This document shows, piece after piece, positions 50,578-61,278 of a DNA stretch of 64,000 bases (position 1 is the stretch's first letter; each line of letters begins with the position of its first letter). The stretch is from Coleofasciculus sp. B1-GNL1-01 (GTDB lineage: Bacteria > Cyanobacteriota > Cyanobacteriia > Cyanobacteriales > Coleofasciculaceae), in the NCBI GenBank assembly GCA_040220235.1, contig JAVJTO010000017.1; one strand, written 5' to 3'. A program made the position numbers and the translations under genes. Below the pieces are notes generated by a model. It did not search any database. It was not told where the DNA came from and saw only the letters and a program-made list of their open reading frames with translations.

Positions 50578-52419
50578 ATGAACCGACGCAAGAAACGCTA
50601 CTCGCTGAGATTTCTAATCCGAAATATTCGTCAATCGCTTTCAGTATTCCGTTATAGTGGACGCGCCTTGAAGTTAGTGTGGACAACCAGTCACAGACTA
50701 ACCCTGGTGCTAGCGATTTTAACTGTTATTGCGGGATTATTACCTGCTGCGATCGCATATTTGGGCAAATTGATTGTCGATACCGTGGTATTGGCGTCTC
50801 AGTCAGGGGTAGCCGCCCATCGGTGGCTGGCGTTAGGCTATGTCGGATTAGAAGCGATCGCAGTAATGCTACTAGCAGGAAGTCAGCGCGGTCAAACGGT
50901 TTGCCAGTCGCTATTGCGGGTATTATTAGCCCAACGGGTCAATGTGTTAATTCTAGAAAAAGCCTTAACCTTAGACTTACCCCACTTCGAGGACTCCGAA
51001 TTTTACGACAAAATGACTCAGGCGCGGCGAGAAGCTTCTAGTCGTCCTCTGGCGCTAGTGACGCGAACCTTTGGACTGGTTCGGGATAGTTTGTCGCTAC
51101 TCACCTTTGGCGGACTACTGCTGCAATTCTCAACCTGGGCGGTGGCAATATTAATTATTGCTGCAATTCCGCCCTTTATCGCCGAAACTCGCTTTGCTGG
51201 CGTCGCCTTTCGCTTATTCCGGTGGCGTTCCCCAGAAACCCGCCAGCAGCATTACTTAGAAACCTTAATTGCCAGAGAAGATTACGCCAAGGAAATTCAG
51301 CTATACCAGCTTGGCGCAACCATGCTACAACGCTACCGCAATACTTTCAGACGCCTTTACCGAGAAGATAGAGATTTGACCATTCGGCGGGGATTTTGGG
51401 GTTATTTGTTAGGCTTGCTGAGTACGCTGACATTTTATGGGGCGTATGCGTGGATTGTCATCGAAACCATCTTTGGTCGAATTTCCTTGGGCGACATGAC
51501 CATGTATTTGACCGTATTTCGCCAAGGACAATCTACCTTTTCCGCCATACTCACCTCAATTGGCGGGATGTATGAAGATAACCTCTATATTTCCAACCTC
51601 TACGAATTTCTGGAACAAGAGGTTCCCCAATCTCAGGGGACAGCCACTCAGGGGATAAAACCGGGAGATGGGATTCGGTTTGAGACTGTATTTTTTACCT
51701 ATCCCGGAAGTCAAACCCCGGCACTAAAAGGGGTTGACCTGCACCTGAAACCAGGAGAAAAGTTAGCCATTGTCGGCGAAAATGGGTCAGGAAAGACAAC
51801 ATTAATTAAACTCTTAACTCGTCTCTATACACCCGATTCCGGGCGCATTCTCTTAGATGGGTTAGATTTACAGGACTGGAAACTTGATACCCTACGCCGC
51901 CGGATTGGGGTAATATTCCAGAACTTTGTCCGCTATCAATTTACCGTAGGCGAGAATGTTGGCGTCGGGGATGTAGACTATTTGCAAGACGAAAATCGCT
52001 GGGAAAATGCCGCAGAGAAAGGCATGGCGAAACCCTTTATTGAATTAATGCCAGACGGATTTAGCACCCAGTTAGGACGATGGTTTAAAGGGGGACAGGA
52101 ACTCTCTGGGGGTCAATGGCAGAAAATCGCCCTATCTCGCGCTTTTATGCGAACTGGTGCAGATATTTTAGTCTTAGATGAACCCACAGCCGCCATGGAT
52201 GCAGAGGCGGAGGTGCGAGTCTTTGACCATTTCCGCACGATTACCCAGAATCAAATGGTGGTGTTGATTTCTCATCGCTTCTCCACAGTACGCATGGCAG
52301 ATAAGATTGTGGTGATGGCGGGGGGAGAAATCATTGAACAGGGAACTCATGAGGAATTGGTGCAGCTTGGCGGACGTTATGCGCGGTTATTTGCGCTACA
52401 GGCGGCGGGATATCAATAA
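50578..52419 (+). CDS. ABC exporter, fused permease/ATP-binding protein
   Basis: TM domain, GENGSGKTT, LSGGQWQK and LVLDEPT. Confidence 0.95.
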   Translation: MNRRKKRYSLRFLIRNIRQSLSVFRYSGRALKLVWTTSHRLTLVLAILTVIAGLLPAAIAYLGKLIVDTVVLASQSGVAAHRWLALGYVGLEAIAVMLLAGSQRGQTVCQSLLRVLLAQRVNVLILEKALTLDLPHFEDSEFYDKMTQARREASSRPLALVTRTFGLVRDSLSLLTFGGLLLQFSTWAVAILIIAAIPPFIAETRFAGVAFRLFRWRSPETRQQHYLETLIAREDYAKEIQLYQLGATMLQRYRNTFRRLYREDRDLTIRRGFWGYLLGLLSTLTFYGAYAWIVIETIFGRISLGDMTMYLTVFRQGQSTFSAILTSIGGMYEDNLYISNLYEFLEQEVPQSQGTATQGIKPGDGIRFETVFFTYPGSQTPALKGVDLHLKPGEKLAIVGENGSGKTTLIKLLTRLYTPDSGRILLDGLDLQDWKLDTLRRRIGVIFQNFVRYQFTVGENVGVGDVDYLQDENRWENAAEKGMAKPFIELMPDGFSTQLGRWFKGGQELSGGQWQKIALSRAFMRTGADILVLDEPTAAMDAEAEVRVFDHFRTITQNQMVVLISHRFSTVRMADKIVVMAGGEIIEQGTHEELVQLGGRYARLFALQAAGYQ

Positions 52420-52509
52420 TTTGTCATTCGTTATTTGTTCTTTGTTGCTTTGTTGCAACGTACATTTCGCACTTTTGCTGAATTTTTACAACAGACGCAT
52501 CAGTGAGAT

Positions 52510-52589
52510 ATAGCAGCACCATTGTCGAGACGTGCTATGGCGCGTCTCTACATAAATGTTGTGTCCTAACCGCTATGGCGGTTGCTATA
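52510..52589. mobile_element. Small MITE (tatagca...tgctata) with an internal REP
   Basis: TA-flanked terminal inverted repeat around gagacgtgctatggcgcgtctctac. Confidence 0.55.
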
Positions 52590-52626
52590 CTTCATCAACC
52601 ATCAATATGCTGTAAGCGATGGGGAC

Positions 52627-53043
52627 TCACGACTTTTTCATGTCACGAGCCATTTTGCGGAACATATCCATGCTGGAATCGCTAGAATCAGCGCGGCGGC
52701 GCTCAAAACTGTTTGGCTGTGACTCACTCACTGGCGGGTTTTGAGGAGTTGGTAGCGGTTCAGGAGTGGCGCTGATTTGCTTGTTGGAACGGATAACTTG
52801 CCCAAAAGCCGAGGTTTCGACCTCCTGCTGTAAGCCCTCCCCTAGGTTGTCTTTTTTCTTCGCAAACCGCTTCTTCACAGATTTGGGCGATCGCATATAG
52901 TTAATATCACCGAAGGTCTTGGCGTCGTCTGGCTCCAAGAAGTAGGCTCGCCGCTTTTGGGCTTCTGCTGCTTGTTCGGCTTCGTCTGTCTCCTCATCGA
53001 CGTACTTGCTCTTTAACCCAAATAAATCACTCAGAAATCCCAT
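52627..53043 (-). CDS. Conserved hypothetical protein
   Basis: AYFLEPDDAKTFGDINYMR and MDMFRKMARDM. Confidence 0.82.
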   Translation of the reverse strand: MGFLSDLFGLKSKYVDEETDEAEQAAEAQKRRAYFLEPDDAKTFGDINYMRSPKSVKKRFAKKKDNLGEGLQQEVETSAFGQVIRSNKQISATPEPLPTPQNPPVSESQPNSFERRRADSSDSSMDMFRKMARDMKKS

Positions 53044-53260
53044 CGCGAACTAATCCTGCCCTTAATTGATTATCTTTGTTACTTTATGTTAACAATGATG
53101 AATAATTATGTAAATGTTGTTCTAAAACTAGCTGAGTGAGGTAGGAAACTGTGTAGTTCTTCTGCACTACATTGGTCAGCGATAGCCTGTCAACCTGTAG
53201 AGACGTTGCCTGCAACGTCTCTACAGGATCTATGTTATGTAGGTTTAAGCCGCAGAAAAG

Positions 53261-53788
53261 TTAGCTCGATGGCACTAGCCGCTTGCGGAGGGATTCAGCT
53301 CGCCGCTTCGCCGTATCATTCTTCGGTTCATGCTTGAGCGCTGTTTCATACGCCTCCAACGCTTGAGCAGTTAACTGCTTGCGCTCGTAAACGTGACCTA
53401 AGTTATTGAAAGCTGTCACATAATCTGGCTCTAGTTTTAAGGCTTCCTTATACTGGCGAATGGCAATATCGTACTGATCCTGGGCAAAGTAGGCAAAACC
53501 GAGAGCATTATGAACCGGAGCTAGGTTAGTTTCATCAGCATCTGGAGCTTTCAGCGCTTTTTGGAACAGAATAACGGCTTGAGCAAAGAGTTTTTTGTCC
53601 AGATAGATACTACCCAACTCGTAGTAGTCTTGGACTGACCCTCGCTCTTTTTGCAGCTTTTGCTCCAGCTTGGAGAGGGTGCTTTCGATTTTACGGGTTT
53701 TGAATACTTGGCGAATTACTGCCAAAGCTGCAACGCCAAGCAGGACTAACAATATGATTAGATAAATTTGTGGCAGGGTTTCATCCAT
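53261..53788 (-). CDS. ycf37: Ycf37-like TPR protein (PSI assembly)
   Basis: N-terminal TM and three TPRs (YYELGSIYLDKK, NALGFAYF, NNLGHVYE); lies downstream of rplT. ATG at 53788. Confidence 0.8.
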   Translation of the reverse strand: MDETLPQIYLIILLVLLGVAALAVIRQVFKTRKIESTLSKLEQKLQKERGSVQDYYELGSIYLDKKLFAQAVILFQKALKAPDADETNLAPVHNALGFAYFAQDQYDIAIRQYKEALKLEPDYVTAFNNLGHVYERKQLTAQALEAYETALKHEPKNDTAKRRAESLRKRLVPSS

Positions 53789-53828
53789 AATCCTGTGCAA
53801 CTTATACGGGACGGGTTTCAATCTTTTA

Positions 53829-54611
53829 TCATGGTAAACCCCAAGCGGCAGCACGTTCAGCTAACCACCCTTCGGCGTGCCAACGTTCGATCGCCTGATT
53901 GACTTGTTGTCGTAGTTCAGTATACTGCAATCCTTTAGGCATTACCACTGCCAAAGCTGCACCAGATAAGCGATAGGGGAGCAATCGATATTCTGGGTAT
54001 TGCTGCACCCATCCAGTCAGAACCGTCTGATCAGCAGCAAAGGCGTTGGCTTCTCCCGCCTCTAGCAAAGATAGCGCTTCTTGGTAGGAATCAACCCCAA
54101 CCAATTGGGCATCGGGTAAAGCATACTTGATTACTGGGATTGTACTCGAACCCTTGAGAACCGCGATGGTTTGGTTATCTAAATCACTCAATAGATTAAT
54201 TGAGGCATCGTTCGTGATAATCCCTGCACCATCCAAATAATAGGGGATACTGAAATCAACCAAGCGGGCGCGGGAGTCGGTTATCGTTACTCTAGCGATC
54301 GCAATATCAACCCGATCCTCAACTACCACACTCAAGCGATCGCGATTCGTCACTGGCTGCAAAACCACAGCCTCTGGACTTCCCAGCAATTCGGTAGCCA
54401 ATCGTCGGGCAATATCAATTTCTAGTCCTTGTAGCCTTCCCGTCGCATCACGAAAGCCCAAGGGACGCACATTATCTTTTACCGCAACGATTAATTGACC
54501 CCGTTGCTCAATTTCTGCTAATTCAGCCGGATAAGCGGATGGGGGTTGAAAAACAGCCACCCCCATCAATCCAAGTGCCACACTGACATTAAACAATCTT
54601 TGGGCGATCAT
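53829..54611 (-). CDS. Amino-acid ABC transporter substrate-binding protein (family 3)
   Basis: RGQLIVAVKDNVRPLGF, GLEIDIAR and VDFSIPYY. Confidence 0.9.
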   Translation of the reverse strand: MIAQRLFNVSVALGLMGVAVFQPPSAYPAELAEIEQRGQLIVAVKDNVRPLGFRDATGRLQGLEIDIARRLATELLGSPEAVVLQPVTNRDRLSVVVEDRVDIAIARVTITDSRARLVDFSIPYYLDGAGIITNDASINLLSDLDNQTIAVLKGSSTIPVIKYALPDAQLVGVDSYQEALSLLEAGEANAFAADQTVLTGWVQQYPEYRLLPYRLSGAALAVVMPKGLQYTELRQQVNQAIERWHAEGWLAERAAAWGLP

Positions 54612-54827
54612 CTATCTGGGATTAGGGATTGGTGATGGGTGATTGGGGAAACCTTCGCAACACTCGAGATAACCTGGTTTGTAGGGGCGGGTTTAGGAAC
54701 TTTCGTTTCACTATTATTGATGATAACGTTGGTTCAAAACCCGCCCTCATCTCCCCCTGCTCCCAGACGTGCCATGGCACGTCCCTACATTGCCCCCCCT
54801 GCGATCTCAATCAGACACACTCTGAAC

Positions 54828-55184
54828 TTACTTTGCGCCTTGGCTAGCAAGTTCTACAACCTTTTGAAAGCTGGCGGGATCTAACACAGCTAATTGTGCC
54901 AACATCTTGCGATTGATCTGAATATTCGCCTTTTTCATCTGACCCATAAGCTGACTGTAGCTTATGCCATTCTGACGAGCGGCGGCATTAATCCGAGTAA
55001 TCCAGAGGCGGCGAAAATCCCGCTTACGCTTGCGGCGATCGCGATAAGCGTTCCGCAGTGCTTTCATCACCTGTTGATTTGCTGTACGGAAGAGTTTGGA
55101 GTGAGAACCCCGATATCCTTTCGCCAGCTTGAGAACTTTCTTGCGTCGTTTACGGGCGACGTTACCGCGTTTTACTCTTGCCAT
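54828..55184 (-). CDS. rplT: 50S ribosomal protein L20
   Basis: MARVKRG and [16 protein letters not shown]. Confidence 0.99.
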   Translation of the reverse strand: MARVKRGNVARKRRKKVLKLAKGYRGSHSKLFRTANQQVMKALRNAYRDRRKRKRDFRRLWITRINAAARQNGISYSQLMGQMKKANIQINRKMLAQLAVLDPASFQKVVELASQGAK

Positions 55185-55229
55185 TGTTCCTAATTGATAT
55201 GAGCTAGATGGTGATTTGTCTAAAGCAGT

Positions 55230-55427
55230 CTAAAAATAGGGAAGCATCAGACGCACATTCTCGGCATCCCGTTCATTGACCAAGTTCAGTTTCGACAGAC
55301 GCCGCTTCCGTCCTGAGTTTTTGCGCTCCAGTAAGTGGCTCTTAAACGCCTTGCGTCGTCTAATTTTACCGCTTCCTGTGGGTCGAAAACGTTTGGCGGC
55401 TGCTTTACGGCTTTTCAGTTTCGGCAT
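55230..55427 (-). CDS. rpmI: 50S ribosomal protein L35
   Basis: [24 protein letters not shown] at 55427. Confidence 0.98.
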   Translation of the reverse strand: MPKLKSRKAAAKRFRPTGSGKIRRRKAFKSHLLERKNSGRKRRLSKLNLVNERDAENVRLMLPYF

Positions 55428-55554
55428 AAACAACTTTGAATAAGGACACAATCTACAATTGTACTACTGTTTTGGTCTGTATTGTAAAGATTTAATCTAC
55501 ACCGGGCTATGTCAGGGTGAAAGGCAATACGGTTGGGTTAAGGGAAGCAGGACT

Positions 55555-55811
55555 GTAGGGGCGACCCGCCGTACTCAATTGGCATCACCCAACCCTTAAT
55601 TGTATCGGGTCGCCCTGGACAAAAACCGCGATATTTTAATCATAAATGGCAACAATCTCGACAATTCCAGGTCAACACCGCCCGGTGTTTTTAATTGTCG
55701 GATAAGACCGTAGGGTATCAATAATTATCTGACACCGCATACATTAGATGAGGGCGAGTCGAGATACCTTAATTCTCACGCCGCCTACGATATGCAGCGA
55801 CTCGCCCCTAC
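55555..55811. mobile_element. Composite REP-doublet element (inverted homologue of 6822-7114)
   Basis: Two REP pairs with outward GTAG/CTAC ends. Confidence 0.8.
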
Positions 55812-55866
55812 AACCATTGATTATAGTTTCTATCCAAAATAATAAAAACCTTTAAAAGGATCACAC

Positions 55867-57759
55867 TTAGTTTGGCGAGGGAGTCACTCTAGACAGTTGA
55901 GACTGCGCCGCTTCATAACAATCCAGTTTACCTAGATCACGGCAAAGTTGAGCCGCTTGCTGTAAATCGTTGATCGCGGCTAACCGATTTCCCGATTGGG
56001 CTTGGGCTAACCCTCTTTCGTAGTAAGCTAAAGCATAATCAGGATTTCGTTCAATCGCTTGGGTGTAATCCGCGATCGCACCTAGAGTATCTTCAATTTC
56101 CTGACGGGCTACTCCTCGGTTATAGTAAGATTCTGCCGCCTCTGGATTCAATTGAATCGCTACTGTATAATCCGTTATCGCCCCGCGACTATCTCCTCGA
56201 CGCTGACGGGCTAAACCACGGTTTTGATAAGCTAGGGCATTATTGGGTCGTAAATTAATCGCGGTGGTACAGTCGTCAATCGCACCCTTTTGATTACCTA
56301 AATTAGAACGAGAACGACAGCGTTTCCAGTAAGCCGTGACCAGATTGGGTTTAAGTTGAATGGCTTGGGTATAATCGTCAATGGCAGCTTGTTCATCTCC
56401 TAAGTCGGCGTGGATTTGACCTCGATTCACCCAGGCTGGGGTAAAATTCGGGTCACGTTGCAAAACTTGAGTATAATCAGCTTTAGCCCCTTGGCGATCG
56501 CCTAATTCAAAGCGCAGATTTCCTCGTTGATAATAGGCGTCAGCATGTTGGGGATTGAGTTGAATCGCCTGAGTCAAATCAGCCAAGGCGGACTGAGTTT
56601 TTCCCTGATTCGCGTAAATCTTTCCCCGATAATAGTAAGCTGTCGCATTTTGCGGCTGATAGGTAATCGCTTGAGTATAGTAGTCAATCGCCGCCTCAGA
56701 TTGCTGGGCTTGTGCTTGGATTTTTCCTTGATGGAGAAAGTATTGCGCCATTAGGCGTTGCGGGAGGCGCAGGGTATACGCCAGAACTAACGCCGTGATT
56801 CCCACCAATCCGATCGCCGTGAGGATAACCCAGGGTTTAAACTGACGACTGGGATAGGTAATTGTCGCGATCGCAGGATTGATATCCGGTAACGAGGGTA
56901 GAGAAAATTGAGTAACAGTGTTCCTCTCCGGGATACGACTGAGATCCGCTAGCACTGTTTTAGCGTGGTGATAACGATACTGGCGATCAGAATGCACCAT
57001 TTTCTCCAGAATCGCGGCTAACTCTGGGCTAACTTGGGTGTAAGCTTGCCAAGGGATGGTTGCACGTTGACCATTGTTCACTTGTTTGAGTTCTGCTAAC
57101 TCGCTGACGGATAATCCAGTCATCGCTTGAATGGCGATGATTCCCAAGGCGTACAAGTCACGATTAACGTGGAGGGGTTCGGGAAATGGTTGGGGGAATC
57201 GATTAACAGAAGTCGGATGACGCGGATTGGGGGCGGATTGGTGGAATGATTGGGCGATTTGGGGACTCAGTTGGTGGATAATTCCCCAGGTTGTTAGCAC
57301 TAATTTGTCATCTCCTTGGCGGCGGATAATTGTGGAAGGTTTGAGGTTTCCCAAAACTGCGCCCTGTTTATGGACAAACACTAAGAGGTTGAGGAGTTCG
57401 TTTAACAGGCTAATTACATGATTTTCGGTCAGCGGATCACCGGGTATGAGTTCGTCAGTTAAAGGATGACCGCGAATAAACTCTTGAACGAGATAAAACT
57501 GATTTATTTGGGCAAACGAGGTGATCAATCGGGGAATTTGGTCATGTTGACCCAGCTTTTTCAGCAATTCTGAGGTTTTTTCCAGACGGCTGAGAATAGA
57601 TGACCGAGTTGGAGAGGAGTTCGGCGGAAGTCGAATTTGCTTGACCACGCATTTAGGATGCTGGGGAGAGTGAATATCTACCACTAAATAAGTGCGACCC
57701 AATTCATCGGTATCCAGGACTTTAATGAGTTGGTAACGTCTTGCTAAGAGTTTGCCCAT
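55867..57759 (-). CDS. Ser/Thr kinase-like (pseudokinase) - TM - TPR protein
   Basis: RYQLIKVL, CVVKQ, HDQIPRL, YLVQEFI.G and DLYALG, followed by about 8 TPRs. Catalytic motifs are degenerate. Confidence 0.88.
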   Translation of the reverse strand: MGKLLARRYQLIKVLDTDELGRTYLVVDIHSPQHPKCVVKQIRLPPNSSPTRSSILSRLEKTSELLKKLGQHDQIPRLITSFAQINQFYLVQEFIRGHPLTDELIPGDPLTENHVISLLNELLNLLVFVHKQGAVLGNLKPSTIIRRQGDDKLVLTTWGIIHQLSPQIAQSFHQSAPNPRHPTSVNRFPQPFPEPLHVNRDLYALGIIAIQAMTGLSVSELAELKQVNNGQRATIPWQAYTQVSPELAAILEKMVHSDRQYRYHHAKTVLADLSRIPERNTVTQFSLPSLPDINPAIATITYPSRQFKPWVILTAIGLVGITALVLAYTLRLPQRLMAQYFLHQGKIQAQAQQSEAAIDYYTQAITYQPQNATAYYYRGKIYANQGKTQSALADLTQAIQLNPQHADAYYQRGNLRFELGDRQGAKADYTQVLQRDPNFTPAWVNRGQIHADLGDEQAAIDDYTQAIQLKPNLVTAYWKRCRSRSNLGNQKGAIDDCTTAINLRPNNALAYQNRGLARQRRGDSRGAITDYTVAIQLNPEAAESYYNRGVARQEIEDTLGAIADYTQAIERNPDYALAYYERGLAQAQSGNRLAAINDLQQAAQLCRDLGKLDCYEAAQSQLSRVTPSPN

Positions 57760-57848
57760 ATTGATGCACGCTGACGCTCTGTGCAAAAATTATGACACGA
57801 AAGGCAAAATCCCCATTTTTGAAAAAAATCTGTTATGATAGCACGACA

Positions 57849-57926
57849 GAAAAAGCTCCAGAGGCTATCTGGAGCTGTTTTGAACCCGTGAATGTAGATG
57901 AACCCGTGAATTAAGATTCAGTCGAA
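57849..57926 (-). ncRNA. Candidate small RNA with a duplicated 13-mer and intrinsic terminator
   Basis: Minus strand has TACAAT at 57933-57938, AUUCACGGGUUCA twice, then AGCUCCAGA-uagcc-UCUGGAGCU-UUUU. Confidence 0.5.
57850..57881 (-). terminator. Rho-independent terminator-like hairpin
   Basis: agctccaga/tctggagct 9-bp stem with a U-tract on the minus strand. Confidence 0.65.
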
Positions 57927-58217
57927 AGAGAAATTGTAATACATGTTGGACGAGATTGGCTACACATAAGCAGCCAATCTTTTACTTTTTTGGAAGCATT
58001 TTGGGTTGAGGGCGGCTGGGGAAGCAATGTAGAGACGTGCCATGGCACGTCTGGAAGCTGGGGAAGATGGGGGAGATGGGGAAGGGATTTCCTAATCAAC
58101 AAAGGACGAATGACAAATGACAAATGACGAACATTTCTGTTAATTTTTCGTAACCTATTAGTGACCCCAAATATTTTATAAAGCTACACTTAAATTATAC
58201 GGTTAAGAAAAAAAGTT

Positions 58218-60653
58218 ATGTTAGCCTCAACCCCTCAGACATCTACTCCAGTCCCTAAAGATCAATCATTGATCCTCTGGTTTGATCAAATCCGACTGGA
58301 TGACCTACCCTTTGTCGGGGGCAAAAATTCCTCTCTGGGTGAAATGATTGGACAACTCACTCCCCAGGGAATCAATGTACCTACTGGGTTTGCGATTACG
58401 GCGTATGCTTATCGTTACTTTATCGAAAGCGCCGATTTAGAAGTCAAACTGCGCCACCTGTTTGCAGATTTGAATGTAGATGATGTGAGTAATCTGCAAC
58501 AGCATGGGAAAAAAGCGCGACAGTTAATCCTCAGCATGGAGTTTCCCCTAGAACTGACCCAAGCCATTCGGGCAGCCTATCAGGAATTGTGCGATCGCTA
58601 TGGAGAGGGAACGGATGTGGCGGTTCGTTCCTCGGCGACGGCGGAAGACTTGCCAGATGCGAGTTTTGCAGGTCAACAGGAAACCTACTTAAATGTAAAT
58701 AGTTTCAAAGGCGTGCTGGAATTTACTCATAAATGCTTCGCCTCCCTGTTCACTAACCGCGCCATTGCTTATCGGGAACATAACGGATTTGACCACTTTG
58801 ATGTGGCGCTTTCGGTGGGAATTCAGAAAATGGTGCGATCTGATTTAGCCTGTTCCGGGGTGATGTTTTCCATTGACCCCGAAACCGGGTTCAAAAATAC
58901 CGCCTTAATTACCGCTGCTTATGGCTTGGGCGAAACGGTGGTTCAAGGTGCGGTTAATCCCGATGAATACGTGGTCTTTAAACCGACATTAAAACAGGGA
59001 TGTCGCCCGATTCTGGAGAAACGCCTGGGAACCAAAGAAATTGAAATGATCTATGACGAAGGGGGTTCCAGACTGACGCGCAACGTGCGAGTCGCCCCCT
59101 GTGATCAAAAGAAATTCTGTCTTAAAGACGAAGAAGTCTTACAATTAGCGCGTTGGGCGGTACAAATTGAAGACCATTATTCTCAACTGCGGGGACTCTA
59201 TACTCCCATGGATATTGAATGGGCAAAAGATGGCATAACCGGGGATTTATTTATTGTCCAGGCGCGTCCGGAAACCGTACAATCCCAGAAATCAGCACAA
59301 GTTCTCAAAACCTATCAGTTGAATCAACGCAGCGAAGTATTAGTTACGGGACGTAGTGTGGGTGCAGCGATTGGTCAAGGAATCACCCATATTATTATGG
59401 ATGCGTCTCACATTCATCTGTTTGAGCCGGGAGAAGTATTAGTAACTAACCGCACTGATCCCGACTGGGAACCGATTATGAAAAAAGCCAGCGCCATTGT
59501 CACCAACCAAGGGGGACGTACTTGCCATGCGGCAATTATTGCGCGAGAAATGGGAATTCCGGCAATTGTCGGCTGTGGGAATGCAACCGAGGTATTAACC
59601 ACGGGTCAAGGGGTGACAATTTCCTGTGCAGAGGGGGATGAAGGACGAGTTTATGATGGATTATTGCCTTTTGAAGTGCAAGAAACTCCTTTAAATAATT
59701 TACCCCGCACCCGAACCCAAATTTTAATGAATGTAGGTAATCCAGATCAGGCTTTTGGTTTAGCCGCAATTCCCTGTGATGGTGTGGGTTTAGCACGGTT
59801 GGAGTTTATTATTGCCAATCATATTGAAGTTCATCCTCTGGCGTTGATTCATTATCATCAATTGCGGGATGAATCAGTGAAAGCGAAAATTACCCAGAAA
59901 ACGAAGAATTATGCCGATAAACCCCAGTTCTTTGTCGATAAATTGGCGCGTGGAGTGGGGATTATTGCAGCGGCGTTTTATCCCAAGCCTGTAATTGTGC
60001 GGATGTCGGATTTTAAGAGTAATGAATACGCGAACCTTTTAGGCGGTCAGAGTTTTGAACCCAAAGAAGATAATCCCATGTTGGGGTGGCGAGGGGCGTC
60101 GCGGTATTGTGATCCGAAGTATCGGGAAGCCTTCGCGTTGGAATGTCAGGCGATACAGCGGGTAAGGGATGAGATGGGATTAACTAATGTAATTCCGATG
60201 ATTCCCTTCTGTCGCACGCCAGATGAGGGGCGTCAGGTGGTAGCAGAGATGGCGAAAAATGGTTTACCCCGTGGGGTAAATGGGTTGCAGGTGTATGTGA
60301 TGTGTGAGTTACCGAGTAATGTGATGGAGGCGGATGAGTTTGCTGAAGTGTTTGATGGGTTTTCCATTGGGTCAAATGATTTGACCCAATTGACGTTAGG
60401 ATTAGACCGAGATTCAGCGTTAGTGGCGCATATTTTTGACGAACGAAATCGCGGTGTGAAACGGATGGTGAAGTTGGCGATACAAACGGCGAAAGAGTGT
60501 GGGCGTAAGATTGGTATTTGCGGTCAAGCGCCTAGCGATTATCCAGAGTTTGCCCAGTTTTTAGTGGAGGAGGGGATTGATTCGATCAGTTTGAATCCCG
60601 ATTCAGTGTTAAAAACGCTGTTGATGGTGGCTGAAGTGGAAAGTCATTTGTAG
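58218..60653 (+). CDS. ppsA: Phosphoenolpyruvate synthase
   Basis: VAVRSSATAEDLPDASFAGQQET, GGRTCHAAIIARE and FSIGSNDLTQL. Confidence 0.98.
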   Translation: MLASTPQTSTPVPKDQSLILWFDQIRLDDLPFVGGKNSSLGEMIGQLTPQGINVPTGFAITAYAYRYFIESADLEVKLRHLFADLNVDDVSNLQQHGKKARQLILSMEFPLELTQAIRAAYQELCDRYGEGTDVAVRSSATAEDLPDASFAGQQETYLNVNSFKGVLEFTHKCFASLFTNRAIAYREHNGFDHFDVALSVGIQKMVRSDLACSGVMFSIDPETGFKNTALITAAYGLGETVVQGAVNPDEYVVFKPTLKQGCRPILEKRLGTKEIEMIYDEGGSRLTRNVRVAPCDQKKFCLKDEEVLQLARWAVQIEDHYSQLRGLYTPMDIEWAKDGITGDLFIVQARPETVQSQKSAQVLKTYQLNQRSEVLVTGRSVGAAIGQGITHIIMDASHIHLFEPGEVLVTNRTDPDWEPIMKKASAIVTNQGGRTCHAAIIAREMGIPAIVGCGNATEVLTTGQGVTISCAEGDEGRVYDGLLPFEVQETPLNNLPRTRTQILMNVGNPDQAFGLAAIPCDGVGLARLEFIIANHIEVHPLALIHYHQLRDESVKAKITQKTKNYADKPQFFVDKLARGVGIIAAAFYPKPVIVRMSDFKSNEYANLLGGQSFEPKEDNPMLGWRGASRYCDPKYREAFALECQAIQRVRDEMGLTNVIPMIPFCRTPDEGRQVVAEMAKNGLPRGVNGLQVYVMCELPSNVMEADEFAEVFDGFSIGSNDLTQLTLGLDRDSALVAHIFDERNRGVKRMVKLAIQTAKECGRKIGICGQAPSDYPEFAQFLVEEGIDSISLNPDSVLKTLLMVAEVESHL

Positions 60654-60662
60654 GGTGAATTT

Positions 60663-60767
60663 GTAGGGTGCGTTAGCGCAGCGTAACGCACCGACTTACA
60701 GCAGTTTGCTCTGCTATGCGGTACATTGTCGATCCCCTAAATCCCCCTTAAAAAGGGGGACTTTGAT
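60663..60767. repeat. REP palindrome (gtagggtgcgttagcgcagcgtaacgcacc; inverted copy at about 46562-46591) and a ccccctt/aaggggg hairpin repeat
   Basis: Inverted repeats visible; the second copy lies in the window. Confidence 0.75.
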
Positions 60768-60813
60768 TGTAGACGATCTTCGCTCTTCCTAGACATGATA
60801 GAACGCAACTTGG

Positions 60814-60919
60814 TAAGCTGTTCGGCATTTAAACCATAATGTCAAGAATTGCGAGATCCTTGCCGTAGTGCGAGCATCTTGCTCGCTACTAATACCCAAT
60901 TTAAATGCATTACAGCTTA
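60814..60919 (-). mobile_element. MITE family A copy (inverted)
   Basis: taagctgttcggcatttaaa...gtagtgcgagcatcttgctcgctac...tttaaatgcattacagctta. Confidence 0.88.
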
Positions 60920-61278
60920 TGAGTATCCATGATAGCGCGATCGCACTTTAAATTAAACTTTTTTAGTTCAAGTGTACTATATCAAGCGTCAAGCCCCCCT
61001 CAGTAGTGGATAAAGATAAATTGTAGAAGGGAATTGAAAAAAGTCTCATTAGCAAGCTAATAAGGTTAGCGATAATTAATTCAATTGTTGGTAAGTGTAA
61101 ATTAAACAATAAGTAGTGTAATTTTATACAGTTTTCAAATAAAAATGGTTAATATTTGTATAGTCTTGTAAGAGTACGCTTAATAGTTAAGAGACTTGGC
61201 GACACATACAACTATTGAAACAAATTTAGGAGTATAATTTCTAACCAGCTAATCGCTTAACCCGACTAAGGGAAAAAG

